Shown here in pieces: positions 45,551 to 56,500 of a DNA stretch of 64,000 nt. The notes beneath the pieces were generated by a model, which searched no databases, was not told the DNA's origin, and saw nothing but the letters and a program-made list of their open reading frames with translations. Origin of the DNA: a virus; the IMG/VR virus record IMGVR_UViG_3300043446_005775, positions 1 to 64,000 of that record, one strand, 5' to 3'. Each line of letters begins with the position of its first letter. Within the stretch, counting starts at the first letter, position 1. The position numbers and the translations under genes were made by a program.

Positions 45551-45574
45551 ATAATCATCAGAAGAGGTGTCAAT

Positions 45575-46081
45575 ATGCCAAGAATGAATCCACAGGAAAA
45601 AGCGGAAATGATGAAGGCGCGACTTGCCGATGTGCAGCGTGAGCAGGCAGCAATTGCCACAACAGCTATCGAGGCAGTCGAAAAGGGCACTGATCCGGAG
45701 CTGGCCGTGCAGCTTGCCGAAGCTGCAGCAAGCGAGATTCCCAGCGTTTCGGAATTGTCAAATCGGCTTAGCAAGGTTGCGCAACACATGATCCCTGCGA
45801 CAGTCTCGGATTACAACGCGATTTCGACAAATCGCCTCGATTATGTTCCGGAAGTTCCTGCCGAGAACAGGTTGCCACATGTTGTCGATTCCCCATTTAG
45901 CGAGGGAGTGAAAATCTGGCGACGAAATCCAAACGGCCCCGCGTTCTTTTCGATGACCCATCCGAATGGAACGCGAGGCACAGTCGCGTTTGACGCGAAC
46001 GGCATTGGCTTTGCGCCCGAAGAGTTTGCAACGCTACTCATTCGTGGGGGCATGTGTGTCCGCGTGAAGGAAACACCGTAA
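45575..46081 (+). CDS. Hypothetical protein following MCP
   Basis: GAGGTG RBS; TAATG coupling to the next gene. Confidence 0.8.
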   Translation: MPRMNPQEKAEMMKARLADVQREQAAIATTAIEAVEKGTDPELAVQLAEAAASEIPSVSELSNRLSKVAQHMIPATVSDYNAISTNRLDYVPEVPAENRLPHVVDSPFSEGVKIWRRNPNGPAFFSMTHPNGTRGTVAFDANGIGFAPEEFATLLIRGGMCVRVKETP

Positions 46082-46752
46082 TGCCATACCCGACATTCTC
46101 CCCTAATGCATCCACGGCAAACATCCTGAATGATGTCAGCGGCAACAGTTTCGTTGTTCACGATTTCAATGAGGCGCAGAGACAGTATTTCATTTCCCGC
46201 GCCCCGTTTTTCGTCCGTGATGTCCTTCTCTGCGCAGCGTATCCCCTGCGATTTGATCTGCCCGGACGTACATCGTTCCTTATTGAGCATCCTCATCGAA
46301 CCGTTGAGTTGACGGTATCCCTGACCGGATCCATCTCCAACTATGGTGGCGTCACATTGTCTCCCGCAGAACTGGTGGCTGGATCGGCCACGGCGCTTAC
46401 GGTGAATGGGTACTCGATTGCATATCCGTATCGATTTTTTTCGGTATCACTCGCGGGAGGAGGCAGTGGTTTTGCGCTAAACCTGACTGCAGTGCCTGAC
46501 AGCAGCGGCTCTTCGCTCAATGACTTCGCCCTTGCGATTGGAACAGCAGGAAGTGGATGGGAGGCTGGGGACCTGATTGCCATCGGAGACCCGTATTTCA
46601 ACGGCGGTGTATTGCGAGTTGACACTGTTTCTGCTCATCCCCACCCTGTCGCCACATTCACCGTCGTGAGGCCGGGCAAGGGCTACAAAGAAGGGGTCGC
46701 GCAGATGGGCACACATGCCGCGTATATCAGCCTGTCTGCGATGAGGGCATAA
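46081..46752 (+). CDS. Beta-rich putative structural/decoration protein
   Basis: C-terminal AGSGWEAGD..LRVDTV..VATFTVVRPGKGY unit, similar to the sheath insertion. Confidence 0.7.
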   Translation: MPYPTFSPNASTANILNDVSGNSFVVHDFNEAQRQYFISRAPFFVRDVLLCAAYPLRFDLPGRTSFLIEHPHRTVELTVSLTGSISNYGGVTLSPAELVAGSATALTVNGYSIAYPYRFFSVSLAGGGSGFALNLTAVPDSSGSSLNDFALAIGTAGSGWEAGDLIAIGDPYFNGGVLRVDTVSAHPHPVATFTVVRPGKGYKEGVAQMGTHAAYISLSAMRA

Positions 46753-46753
46753 G

Positions 46754-47416
46754 ATGTCCCTGCCCGAATTTGTATTCCACTCCCGCGTAGTGGACTTCTA
46801 CGAAAGGATACGGGCCGGGAAGAACCTGCACAAGCTTGACGAGATGTTTTTCTATCTTGACGAAAAAAGCCTGTCCATGACCAAGAGGTGGATCATGGAC
46901 GAGCGGTTCCCATGGACCATCGGCAAGGGATGGTCCCTCCTTTCCCAGGCTCCTCCATTGGTTGCCATGACCATGGACTCCGAAGCCGACCGCCCCGGTG
47001 GGCAATTTCTCGGGAATGTCGCTGGTGTGCCATCCATTTCGTATGAGCCGGATGGAGTCACGCCACAGTTCTACTTCGAGACCAATGGACGGCTGAAAAA
47101 CGCAACGTACAGATTCTTCCTTGTCGCGCCAAATCCCGACATGATCTCCACCATGTACACCATGGTGCTTCGTGCGCTGATGGAAGGTGAACAGCCGCCC
47201 GTGGATGAGCCGCACATCATTCCTTACGAGGAGTATGGCATCGGGGAGTTGCACTATAGTGGGTCGGACATCAGCCCGAATCAGAGTTTCCTGCCAAATG
47301 TCATGTTTGCGCGAAACCTGACCGTTAATTGCACCTATCTTGCTTCATGGACCGGAAGGTCTTTTGGAAAAGATGGCTTTGTATCAAGCATAGATATTGA
47401 AGAAAAAATACCGTAG
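46754..47416 (+). CDS. Putative tail completion/terminator protein
   Basis: Size and position upstream of the sheath; function inferred from synteny only. Confidence 0.55.
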   Translation: MSLPEFVFHSRVVDFYERIRAGKNLHKLDEMFFYLDEKSLSMTKRWIMDERFPWTIGKGWSLLSQAPPLVAMTMDSEADRPGGQFLGNVAGVPSISYEPDGVTPQFYFETNGRLKNATYRFFLVAPNPDMISTMYTMVLRALMEGEQPPVDEPHIIPYEEYGIGELHYSGSDISPNQSFLPNVMFARNLTVNCTYLASWTGRSFGKDGFVSSIDIEEKIP

Positions 47417-47435
47417 CATAGATATGAGGTTTAAA

Positions 47436-47729
47436 ATGGCCAGAACAAGCAAATCTTCACCCAACATTCTCCAGAACCCGAATGACGCGCTGTCCGAAGA
47501 AGTGATTGACGAAACAGCAACTGCGCCGGAAGAACCACAGGCAGTGTGGGAAGTTCCCGGCGAAGTGGAACACATCGTCAACCTTGAAACATGGAGCAAG
47601 GATTGCAACACAATGAGTCCGGAACTGATTGGCGGATTCGTGCATCATGCCCGTGCCCTTAACCTGCGGTATGACACCCCTTCGGGATGGAAAGCCAAGG
47701 CAATCTCTTGGTCAAAAAAGCCCGTATAA
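47436..47729 (+). CDS. Small hypothetical protein before sheath
   Basis: GAGGT RBS before ATG 47436. Confidence 0.7.
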   Translation: MARTSKSSPNILQNPNDALSEEVIDETATAPEEPQAVWEVPGEVEHIVNLETWSKDCNTMSPELIGGFVHHARALNLRYDTPSGWKAKAISWSKKPV

Positions 47730-47768
47730 TAAAAAATATTGAGTACAGAGTGATGATAGGAGGAAACA

Positions 47769-50700
47769 ATGTCTGTTGCTTTTAATGGTGTGGTGCTCGT
47801 TGCTCCAGGAGTCGCTTCGTATATCGACGATTCAGCCTCCAGCAGTTCTCCCACAACGTCTGCGAATGCGATTGCGATTCTTGGAGAGGCAGAACGCGGA
47901 GAAACCGGACAGCCGGTCGTGTTCACTGATTCCTCGACGGTACGTGCCTACTATGGCACAAGCAGCGTCGATCTGCCGCTTATTTATGGCATTACAAGAG
48001 CCATGAATGCCGGGGCATCCCGTGTCTACGGATTACGGGTTGGCAATGCCACGAAGGCATCCGTGTCCATCACCTCTGGAACACGAAACATTATCTCCCT
48101 TGTTGCCAAGGAGTGGGGAAACACTGGCAACTCATGGAATCTTGAGATAAGCACAAATCCTTCTGATTCGATGGCAAAGGACATCAAGCTGACGCTGCAT
48201 GATGGCCGCATCTACAAGCAATCCAAGATTGGGAAGAATGTTGCTCAAATCGAGTACTATTCGCCAATTTATTCCTTGGGATCGGGCGAGATTTTCCAGG
48301 TGACTTCCGGAACATACGGTGGGGTTACTGCCACGGTGCAGGCTCCGCTCTATGATTTTCGTGGCTTTGCCGTGGATGGCGTTGCTGAGGGATCGGTGCT
48401 CTCGGGCGGTGGCGCAATCACCGATGCCGGTTCGTTTGGGGCAGGCCGGTGCGTGGCCCTCTCGGTTGTTTCGCCAGTAGGGACATCGAATGCCGAACGG
48501 GGCCATATCTACTTCCAGAGCGATGACGCTACCGTGGCTGGTGCGCCACGCACTGGCAATATCGGAGGGGATGCTGCGTTCCCTGTCAGGGCGCAGACAA
48601 CGACCAAGAAGAACTTGTCCGGCGCGTATCTCTGGCAGCCAACTGCGCAGATCATTGCGGTCAACCAGGTTCCGACTCTTGTCCTGAAGTCTCCGGATTC
48701 CACCAAGAATGACGTGTATATTCCCTTGCAACCATACGACACGCTGGCGAAATTGTCCGCAAGAGTCAATCAGTATTACTCCCTTTCGAGGGCGGGTAGT
48801 GCGGCTGTTCCTGCAATTTCCGCATCCGTCAACGGCGCTCCGAGCGCGACAACATTCGAGCGATTGGGATTGACAGAAGATTCCGGATCAGTCCAGTTTG
48901 GATTAACTGATCGTGATGGAGCAAATCGCACGACAATCAGTGTTCCTTACACCCGAATGGAAACAATTTCGGAGTTTATTGCCTCTGTCCAAGCGGATTT
49001 GAGAACCATCAACAACACAGGGCTTGTCGGGGCTGAATCCCTGTCGTTGGCGACAGCGGAATACCGGCAGGTGTCCGGGCAAATCACGGGCAATCTGGGA
49101 GCGGTAGCTTCGGCTGCCACGGGGACAATCGTTGCAACGTTGACGGGCCCCTCCGTTACCGGAGTTGCGTTCACTGGATCCGGATTTGTCAGCGGAGACC
49201 TGGCAACAATTACGTCGGGGTCTGCAAGTGCCGTGGTGAAGTTCACCTCATCAAGCGCCGCCACCGTTCAGACATCGACAACGGGATGGAGAGTCGCCGC
49301 AGGAACCGGCACCGGAGCGACGTTCACCACTACCGTCAATGGCCAGGGAGCCATCACGAGTGCCACCGTTACATTAGGATCAGCAGGATCAGGATATGCG
49401 GTAGGAGATGTGCTGGGTGTCGGAGGAGCAGGAACTTCGGGAACACTTACGGTTGCCACATTGGCGTCAGGAGGGAGCAACGGTCTCGGCGCAATTGCAA
49501 CGGTAACCATCTTGAATGCTGGAACTGGCTACATTGCCGGATCCAACGTGGCGACGACGTTCCTGACCGCTTCCCCGGGAAGCACGGTGTCCGTCCCTTC
49601 GCTTGCTGTGGTGCCAGTCAAGCCAATCATCGTGTTCAATACAGGTTCGCAAGCAAAGTTCTATTCAGTCATCCCTAGCTCAAACACGTTTCTCCCATTG
49701 ATCGGACTTGATGACGCGTCGACAAATGTAGGAGGATCAACCATTTCTGGCGTATCCTTCAACACGCCTGTCGTCAACTTTGTTGCGGCAAAGCCAGCGG
49801 TAAGCGCGAACGGATGGAAACTCAGCCTTGCGCCGGGAATGGCTGACGGGACGTTGTCCAGCTCAAAACTTGACATGTTTCCGATTCCCATTCCTGTATT
49901 CACGACTGCTGCCCTTCAGGATGATGCGACACTTTCGAAGACGTATTTCTCCGCAAATACGAATGCATTGGTTGAGGCCTTGAATGGAAGCACCTTCGGG
50001 GCACTTGTTGAGGCGACGAAGCTCTATAGTTCAGCGCGAATTGACAATGGCGTCTACGCATTCACCGGCGCTATCGAAACCCCTGTGGAGCCATCCCATT
50101 GGGATGATGCCTTGGCAAAACTGCAGCAAATTGAGGATCTTGAGATCATTGTCCCAATGACATCGAATGCCTCGATCCAGAGCGCAACCCTTGCCCATTG
50201 CCTGAGCATGTCCGGACCTGCCGGGAAGCGAGAGCGATTCGCAGTCTTTGGTGGTCCGCTGGGAATGTCCAACGCAGAAGTTTCGGCACTGGCGGCACAA
50301 TTCAACGACAAGCGAGCCGTCGTGGTGTGGCCTGGGATCAAGGATTACAACGATCAAGGCGACCTCATCACTTGGGCACCATACTTCGCTGCGGCGACCA
50401 TCGCCGGGCAGTTGGCTGCACAGTCGGATGTTGCCACACCGTTGACAAACAAGTCGGTGAGCATCCGTGGCCTTGAGACAATCCCGAGATTGACGGAAAT
50501 CGACGACCTTGTCAATGCTGGCGTCCTTGTCATCCGGTATGACTCGAACCGCGGCTATAGCGTGGCACAATCGTTGACTACATGGAGTGGCGATACCCGT
50601 TATGTGCGTCGCGAAATCTCGACAATGCGGAGTGCAGATCTTGTCATGCGACGAGTGCGCGGATCAATTGCAAACATCATCGGAAGCAAGTTGACTCCTA

Positions 50701-50900
50701 CGTTGATCAATACAATCAAGAGTCGAATCACGACACAACTTGAGATTTGCGAGAATGCCCAGCTTATCGTTGGCAACGCGCAGTTTCCGGCATACAAGGA
50801 CATCCTCATCCGTGCGGTCGGAGATGCGGTATACGCGGAATTCTCGATCAGCCCTGCGATCCCGGCAAATTACCTGCTGATTACCGCGCACATCATGTAA
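47769..50900 (+). CDS. Tail sheath protein with large insertions (1043 aa)
   Basis: N-terminal PGVASYID..ILGEAERGETG..; C-terminal HCLSMS..ER..AATIAG..PLTNK..LVNAGVL..QSLTT..EISTMR..PAIPANYLLIT. Confidence 0.93.
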   Translation: MSVAFNGVVLVAPGVASYIDDSASSSSPTTSANAIAILGEAERGETGQPVVFTDSSTVRAYYGTSSVDLPLIYGITRAMNAGASRVYGLRVGNATKASVSITSGTRNIISLVAKEWGNTGNSWNLEISTNPSDSMAKDIKLTLHDGRIYKQSKIGKNVAQIEYYSPIYSLGSGEIFQVTSGTYGGVTATVQAPLYDFRGFAVDGVAEGSVLSGGGAITDAGSFGAGRCVALSVVSPVGTSNAERGHIYFQSDDATVAGAPRTGNIGGDAAFPVRAQTTTKKNLSGAYLWQPTAQIIAVNQVPTLVLKSPDSTKNDVYIPLQPYDTLAKLSARVNQYYSLSRAGSAAVPAISASVNGAPSATTFERLGLTEDSGSVQFGLTDRDGANRTTISVPYTRMETISEFIASVQADLRTINNTGLVGAESLSLATAEYRQVSGQITGNLGAVASAATGTIVATLTGPSVTGVAFTGSGFVSGDLATITSGSASAVVKFTSSSAATVQTSTTGWRVAAGTGTGATFTTTVNGQGAITSATVTLGSAGSGYAVGDVLGVGGAGTSGTLTVATLASGGSNGLGAIATVTILNAGTGYIAGSNVATTFLTASPGSTVSVPSLAVVPVKPIIVFNTGSQAKFYSVIPSSNTFLPLIGLDDASTNVGGSTISGVSFNTPVVNFVAAKPAVSANGWKLSLAPGMADGTLSSSKLDMFPIPIPVFTTAALQDDATLSKTYFSANTNALVEALNGSTFGALVEATKLYSSARIDNGVYAFTGAIETPVEPSHWDDALAKLQQIEDLEIIVPMTSNASIQSATLAHCLSMSGPAGKRERFAVFGGPLGMSNAEVSALAAQFNDKRAVVVWPGIKDYNDQGDLITWAPYFAAATIAGQLAAQSDVATPLTNKSVSIRGLETIPRLTEIDDLVNAGVLVIRYDSNRGYSVAQSLTTWSGDTRYVRREISTMRSADLVMRRVRGSIANIIGSKLTPTLINTIKSRITTQLEICENAQLIVGNAQFPAYKDILIRAVGDAVYAEFSISPAIPANYLLITAHIM

Positions 50901-50910
50901 GGAATTCATA

Positions 50911-51585
50911 ATGACTGCCAAGCTATGGGATACCGGAGTACGAACAGGAGGCAAGGTCTTGCTCAAGATGGACGACAAGGTCATTGCCTTTGCCCAGTCA
51001 GCACGATTTCGTGATGATTATGGGCTTGAACCAGTCCAGATCATCGGACAGCTTCAAGCCATTGAGTACGTTCCTACCCATGCTCGACACGAAATTACCG
51101 TCACAACGCTTGTTGTTCGCAATGCAAGTCTTGTGAGTATGGGGCTTGAGCCCGGATCCGCAGGAAGTTTTGGAATACTGACTCCGGAGAATACCAGTGG
51201 CGCCGTAGGACAGGGAATTGTCAATGCATCACCAGGGCGGGTAGGAACTAATGAACCGGGCTCCGCAATAGGAGCCTGGAATGCCACGTTCAACGGCCCT
51301 GGCGCTGATGCCAATGTCAATGCATTCGGATACCTGACGTTTTATCGGGTTTTGCATCAACGGGTATTTGATATCGAAGTGGTAGACATGGAATTCCTTG
51401 ACGCGGACCAAGCAGCTGATTCGCTTTTCTTGGGCAACACATTACTCAAGTATGTGAATTGCTTCTTTGCTGGCGGAGAGGTGTCGGTGGACTCCAATCG
51501 GGTCTTGATGCATACCGCAACATTTTATGCTCAGGACAAGGATGGAAATTTCGGGTTGCATTCAAGACCGGCACCAGTATTTTAA
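50911..51585 (+). CDS. Tail tube protein, copy 1
   Basis: Directly follows the sheath; VRTGGKVLLKMD..FAQS..DYGLEPV..IGQL..EYVP, like SPO1/Twort-type tubes. Confidence 0.85.
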   Translation: MTAKLWDTGVRTGGKVLLKMDDKVIAFAQSARFRDDYGLEPVQIIGQLQAIEYVPTHARHEITVTTLVVRNASLVSMGLEPGSAGSFGILTPENTSGAVGQGIVNASPGRVGTNEPGSAIGAWNATFNGPGADANVNAFGYLTFYRVLHQRVFDIEVVDMEFLDADQAADSLFLGNTLLKYVNCFFAGGEVSVDSNRVLMHTATFYAQDKDGNFGLHSRPAPVF

Positions 51586-51615
51586 TCAACAAGTATCAAG
51601 AAAAGGAGAAAGAAC

Positions 51616-52284
51616 ATGGCAAAGCTTTGGGACACAGGGGTACGCACAGGTGGGAAAGTCCTGCTCAAGATGGACGGTGCTGTCATCGGATTTGCGCAAT
51701 CGGCGCGATTCCGCGATGATTATGGTCTTGAACCAGTCCATATTGTCGGACAGCTGCAGACGATTGAGTATGTGCCAATGCATGCGCGACATGAAATCCA
51801 GATGTCCGTCCTTGTCGTGCGGAACACCAGCTTGGCCGCAATGGGACTGGAGCCAGGTTCCGCTGGCAGCTTCGGATTGATCCCGGACTCTGTTTCGACC
51901 CAGCTGGGATCATCAGGGTCAATCGTTGGAAGCAGCCCTGCCAGGACAGGGCCTGAGAACGGATGGGACAAAACACTCCCCGGCACTACTGGCGCAAACG
52001 CAAACCTGGGCAATCCAGCCCTGATGTCGGACAAGGCCGCTCCATATCGGGTCTTGCATCAGAAAGTGTTTGACATCGAAGTTGTTGATGCGCAGTACAA
52101 TACCGCTGCTGACGTCACCAACACAACCTTTCAAGGACATGTCATTGCCAAGTACCTGAATTGCTTCTTTGCTGGCGGCGATCTCTCCGTTGACGCCAAC
52201 CGGGTGTTGATGCACAATGTGACATTTTATGCGCAAGACAAGGATGGCCGTTACGGACTCAATGGAAACAACGCTATTTCGTAA
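51616..52284 (+). CDS. Tail tube protein, copy 2 (paralog)
   Basis: Near-identical to copy 1 in the N- and C-terminal blocks; AAGGAG RBS. Confidence 0.85.
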   Translation: MAKLWDTGVRTGGKVLLKMDGAVIGFAQSARFRDDYGLEPVHIVGQLQTIEYVPMHARHEIQMSVLVVRNTSLAAMGLEPGSAGSFGLIPDSVSTQLGSSGSIVGSSPARTGPENGWDKTLPGTTGANANLGNPALMSDKAAPYRVLHQKVFDIEVVDAQYNTAADVTNTTFQGHVIAKYLNCFFAGGDLSVDANRVLMHNVTFYAQDKDGRYGLNGNNAIS

Positions 52285-52309
52285 TGCGTAATGCACAGTC
52301 GCGCTTCTT

Positions 52310-52357
52310 TATGCCACGGTTTTCGACGACAGAAGAAAACTGTGGTATACTTTTTTT
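52310..52357 (+). terminator. Rho-independent terminator with G-U pairs
   Basis: TATGCCACGGTTTTC pairs with GAAAACTGTGGTATA (two G-U pairs), followed by C and T7. Confidence 0.8.
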
Positions 52358-52378
52358 AAATACATCGAGGGAGATCAC

Positions 52379-52801
52379 ATGGCCAACGAAGAAGCACCTG
52401 AACTAACTATTGCGCAGATTGCCGCGAAAGCAGTCGAACCGATCAAGCCTTCGTACGCTACCGACACAAAGACATACGATCCCAACAAGCCGCACGAGAT
52501 CGATGGGCCAGCCGGAAAGATCGGCGTAGTACGTGGCCACATGAACATGCAGCGCATGGCTGGGAAAGCCGTTGCCGTCGCCCTTCAGGGGTTATCTGTT
52601 GATAATCGCACGTATGAAATGACGTACATGAGCCTGATGATCCAGTTTGTTACCCAATCACCCGGATATCTTCCCGCGTATGCCAATGGGAATATCGATA
52701 AGTTCCTGGAAAACATTTACGAGTTTGAAGACTTGTCTCACTACTTCAACGAATGGGAGTCCTGGCGAAACTCGTTTCGTGTCTCCCGACCGGTTTCTTG
52801 A
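52379..52801 (+). CDS. Tail assembly chaperone (G-like)
   Basis: 140 aa, between tube and tape measure; GAGGAG RBS. Confidence 0.7.
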   Translation: MANEEAPELTIAQIAAKAVEPIKPSYATDTKTYDPNKPHEIDGPAGKIGVVRGHMNMQRMAGKAVAVALQGLSVDNRTYEMTYMSLMIQFVTQSPGYLPAYANGNIDKFLENIYEFEDLSHYFNEWESWRNSFRVSRPVS

Positions 52802-53480
52802 CAGGAAAATTCGCCGCAACGCCCTTGAGGGCGTCTATGAATCAGACATGCTGGAATGGTACCGGCAACAATACAATCTTCCATTGACTGACGAGAAGTA
52901 TCTCCGTGTCTCTTCTGAAGAGGCAGCGCTTGATTTTTATCGCCGCCAGTTTTACATGGAGGTTCAATTCGGTGTGCGCAAATGGGGCGATCTTGATCCG
53001 GTGTTCAAGATGCCACCGCTGCCGATGCTCAAGCAATTTGGCGGAGTGCTTCCTTCTCCAAATGGCTATGGATATGACGATGATGATACTATCGACGAGA
53101 AGAGGCTGCAACAACAAGTTGCGGAACGTCAGTCTTCGCGTCCGCGAACATCAGCAAGTGGTGCAGATCGCGTTCGTCCCGCACAGGAAAGAGGCTCCAC
53201 CCCTCCAGGCAGCACGAAGAGAAAAAGCGATGCGCCTTCGGAGTTCCTGGAGCCAAGCCCCAATCTTCCCCCTCATCTTGCCCATGATATTGTCAGCACC
53301 GGGTCCAACATGGTCAAGACGGAAAGTGCGGAGTACGGAATGGAAGAGGATGAATTCTGGGAATTCGTTGCGTTGGTGGAGCGTCTCGATGCAGAAGAAG
53401 CGCGAAAGGCAAACAAGGGAGAGGAATGGCAAGTCGTTGAGTCCTTGAGTCCGGAGTCGCGACAAAGGACTTCCGAGTAA
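52776..53480 (+). CDS. Chaperone extension (T-like), probably reached by +1 frameshift
   Basis: Overlapping +1 frame ORF with no well-placed RBS; TCG TTT CGT at 52772-52780. Confidence 0.65.
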   Translation, partial: FVSPDRFLDRKIRRNALEGVYESDMLEWYRQQYNLPLTDEKYLRVSSEEAALDFYRRQFYMEVQFGVRKWGDLDPVFKMPPLPMLKQFGGVLPSPNGYGYDDDDTIDEKRLQQQVAERQSSRPRTSASGADRVRPAQERGSTPPGSTKRKSDAPSEFLEPSPNLPPHLAHDIVSTGSNMVKTESAEYGMEEDEFWEFVALVERLDAEEARKANKGEEWQVVESLSPESRQRTSE

Positions 53481-53565
53481 TTCTCAAGCGCAGTTGTCCA
53501 TGTTTGGATAGGTATACTATTTAGTAGCAGTAGCAAAAACTTGCAAATCTGGAGAGGTTAACATC

Positions 53566-56500
53566 ATGGCAACGCCCAAGGGAGTACCTGCTAGAGCATC
53601 AACTGCACAAGTCGCGCGTAATCTCGCCACAGATGTTATGTACACGGGCGCCAGAAAAGTGGCGGAATCCTCTGCCCTTACTCCGGGTCAGGTTGATGCC
53701 CAGATTCGCGAGGGTTCAACTATCAGCCGTCAGCAGGATTATGACGTAGGTTCCTTTTCTCGGCAGCTCAAGGACCTCGGCACCTCTTTGGAGAGCTTGA
53801 ACAAAAGTTTCATCAATGCCTCGAAAGGACTGAACGCCACAACGCAAGAAAACATCACCATGATGAAGATTGCCATGAGAAATGTTGGCAATGACAGGAA
53901 TGCCATAGGAAATGCTGCCGCAGCCGCACAATCGACGCTGTCTACCGCATATTATGGCGGCATGAACCGTGGGCAGGCAATGCAGAACATTGAAGCACTT
54001 TCCCAATCGGGAGTGCTTGGTTCGGGATCACGGGCGACAGGAGGCACGGCGATGTCCATCCAGTCGTACAACACGGCGTTCACGGCAGCAAGCGCTGCAT
54101 CCGGAGGGTTTGGAACACGTGCTGATCAGTACGGGATGACTGCAACAGCCATGCTGAACAACATGGCGCAACGGGGCGCACAGGGCATTAGTGGCAGCCA
54201 GGTAACAACGACCTTGGGTGCCATCAATCTGGCTGCACAGCAGAACAACAATGCGATGCTTCACAACGTGGCCCCAGGGGCATACGCGAAAGCAGAGCAG
54301 TCAATGATGGCTGGTGCGACCCAAGCCAACCCGATGCTCATGGCCGGGTTCAGCAAGGCGCGTTCGGGAATCCAGAGGCGCAACCAGGAAAGTCTTGACG
54401 CCGCCGAAAGCGAAGCAGCAAAGATTGAGGCGCAGATTGCATCGACAACGGATGAGGCCAGAAAATCCGAGCTGCAATCGCAACTTACTGCCAAGAAAGA
54501 TGAAGCGAAGACATTCAGGACGCGATTGGACACACTTTCTGCGGCAAGGAAAGCTGGCCCCATGGGGGTGCAAGCATACATGGAAACTGGCGACATAGAG
54601 GCAAATGCTGAAATCATTCAAGGCCAGATGAGGCAATTCATGGGCAAAAGGGGTGGCGATCCCACCGGGATGAGCGCCCGGGCGATCATGGCGAGATCAC
54701 AAATTGCGCAAGCCAATGGCTTGACCATGCAAGAGGTAACCAGCATGCTCCAAACCCAGGCAGCTTTGCCGCAAGTAAAGGCGAGGCAAGCTGAAGCTGC
54801 GCAATACATGTCAACCGAGTATCAGGACATTGGAAAGACATACAAGAGTGGAGGCAAGACAGTCACCCGGACCGCAGAGGCGGCCAACCAGATACAAGAG
54901 GCTTTTCAGGGAACATTCAGATCCGGAACATTTGAGGATTTCAGAAGATCCGCATTGAACACTACTGAGCAGACCGGCCAAAGCGCCAAATTCAAAACAT
55001 CACTGCAAAGAGATCTTGATGCAATTGCAGCCAATTCTACATTGGACGATAAAGGCAAGCTTGACGCAGCAAGGGCAATAACAAAAAGGGCAATCAATGA
55101 AGGGTCGGGCGGAGAGATCTTTCAGGCAAGCAGCACCGGAGTTGCGGCAAATAAACTGCAAGAAGGTCAAGCCGGAGCAGTTCAACTCGATAATGCGTTC
55201 AAGTCCGCTGGAAAATCCATGAACGACATGGCAAAAGCTTCAATCCAGTATGCAGATGACATTGCAAAGGCTGCTGGGGCAATGCCCAAGGGAGACAGGA
55301 GCACGGGAACTATGCAGAGCGCAGCTGCAGACGCGTCGGCAGCTGCAGTTGATGCCGCTACGAAAGCAGCGACGGCAGCGTCATCAGCAGCGTCATCAGC
55401 ACCGGACGCGGTTTCAGCTTTCCTGTTCACTCCTTCGCCAGGGCCAGGAGGAGCCACCAAGGGCGGCACTGGCAAGCCCTCCACCACTGGCAAGCCCTCC
55501 ACCACTGGCAAGCCCTCCACCGCCTCCCCTGACAATCCCGCCGCCATCCCTGATCAGCCGCAAAAAGGCTCCGAATTTGGCGGTCCTGTATTCCGCGGAT
55601 TATCAGGGATAGTGGGGGAACGTGGCCCTGAAATATTCACTCCGAAACAGGATGGGTTCATCACGACCAACAAGGACAGTTCCTCAATCAGCGACTTGTT
55701 CAAATCGTCATTGAGTGCAATCAACCGGGCATTTACCGGAGGGCTTTCAAAATCGATGAAGGACAAGCCCCCATCGACGCCAATGCCTGCTGGCGCAAGC
55801 GTGGACGGCAGCACCGCTCCAGTGGGGGGCGGAGATGACGGCAAGGATTTCCTCGGAAAGGTAGCAGCCATGTTCGAATCCGGTGGCGATCCCGGTCGTG
55901 TCTCCACAGGACAGGGGGATGCTGGAGGAAAAAGCTTTGGAGCATTCCAGTTGTCCAGCAAGACCGGGTCACTGGAAGCATTCCTCAAGCAAACCGGCTA
56001 CATAAAGAACTTCGAAGGCATGAACCTGAAGAACCCCGGCAAGGATGTGGAGGCGCAGTGGAAGAAGCTTGCCGAAAATCCAGACTTCGTCAAGGCGCAG
56101 TCGGGATACGCAAAAGAAAAATATTATGATCCCTACTTGGCAATGCTGAAGAAAAACGGCATTGACCTTTCTGGCAAGGGAAGAGCCGTGGACGAAATGA
56201 TCCTCAGTACGGCAAACCAGTACGGAGCAGGATCATCCGTTCTCTTGAACGCCTTCAAGGGAAAGAACGTCGCTCAAATGTCCCCAGAGGAAATCATCAC
56301 GACCGCCCAGAAATACAAGGCCGACTCAACTGAAACATATTTCTCAAGCAGCAGCGAAAATGTACGCGCGGGAGTAAAGAACCGCATTGCCAAGGAGCAG
56401 GCAATGCTATTGGGCATGACCAAGAGAGCCGAAGGCGGAGATATTGTCCGGGGAGAACCAACATTGGTTGGCGAAAAGGGCCCCGAGATGTTCGTTCCAA

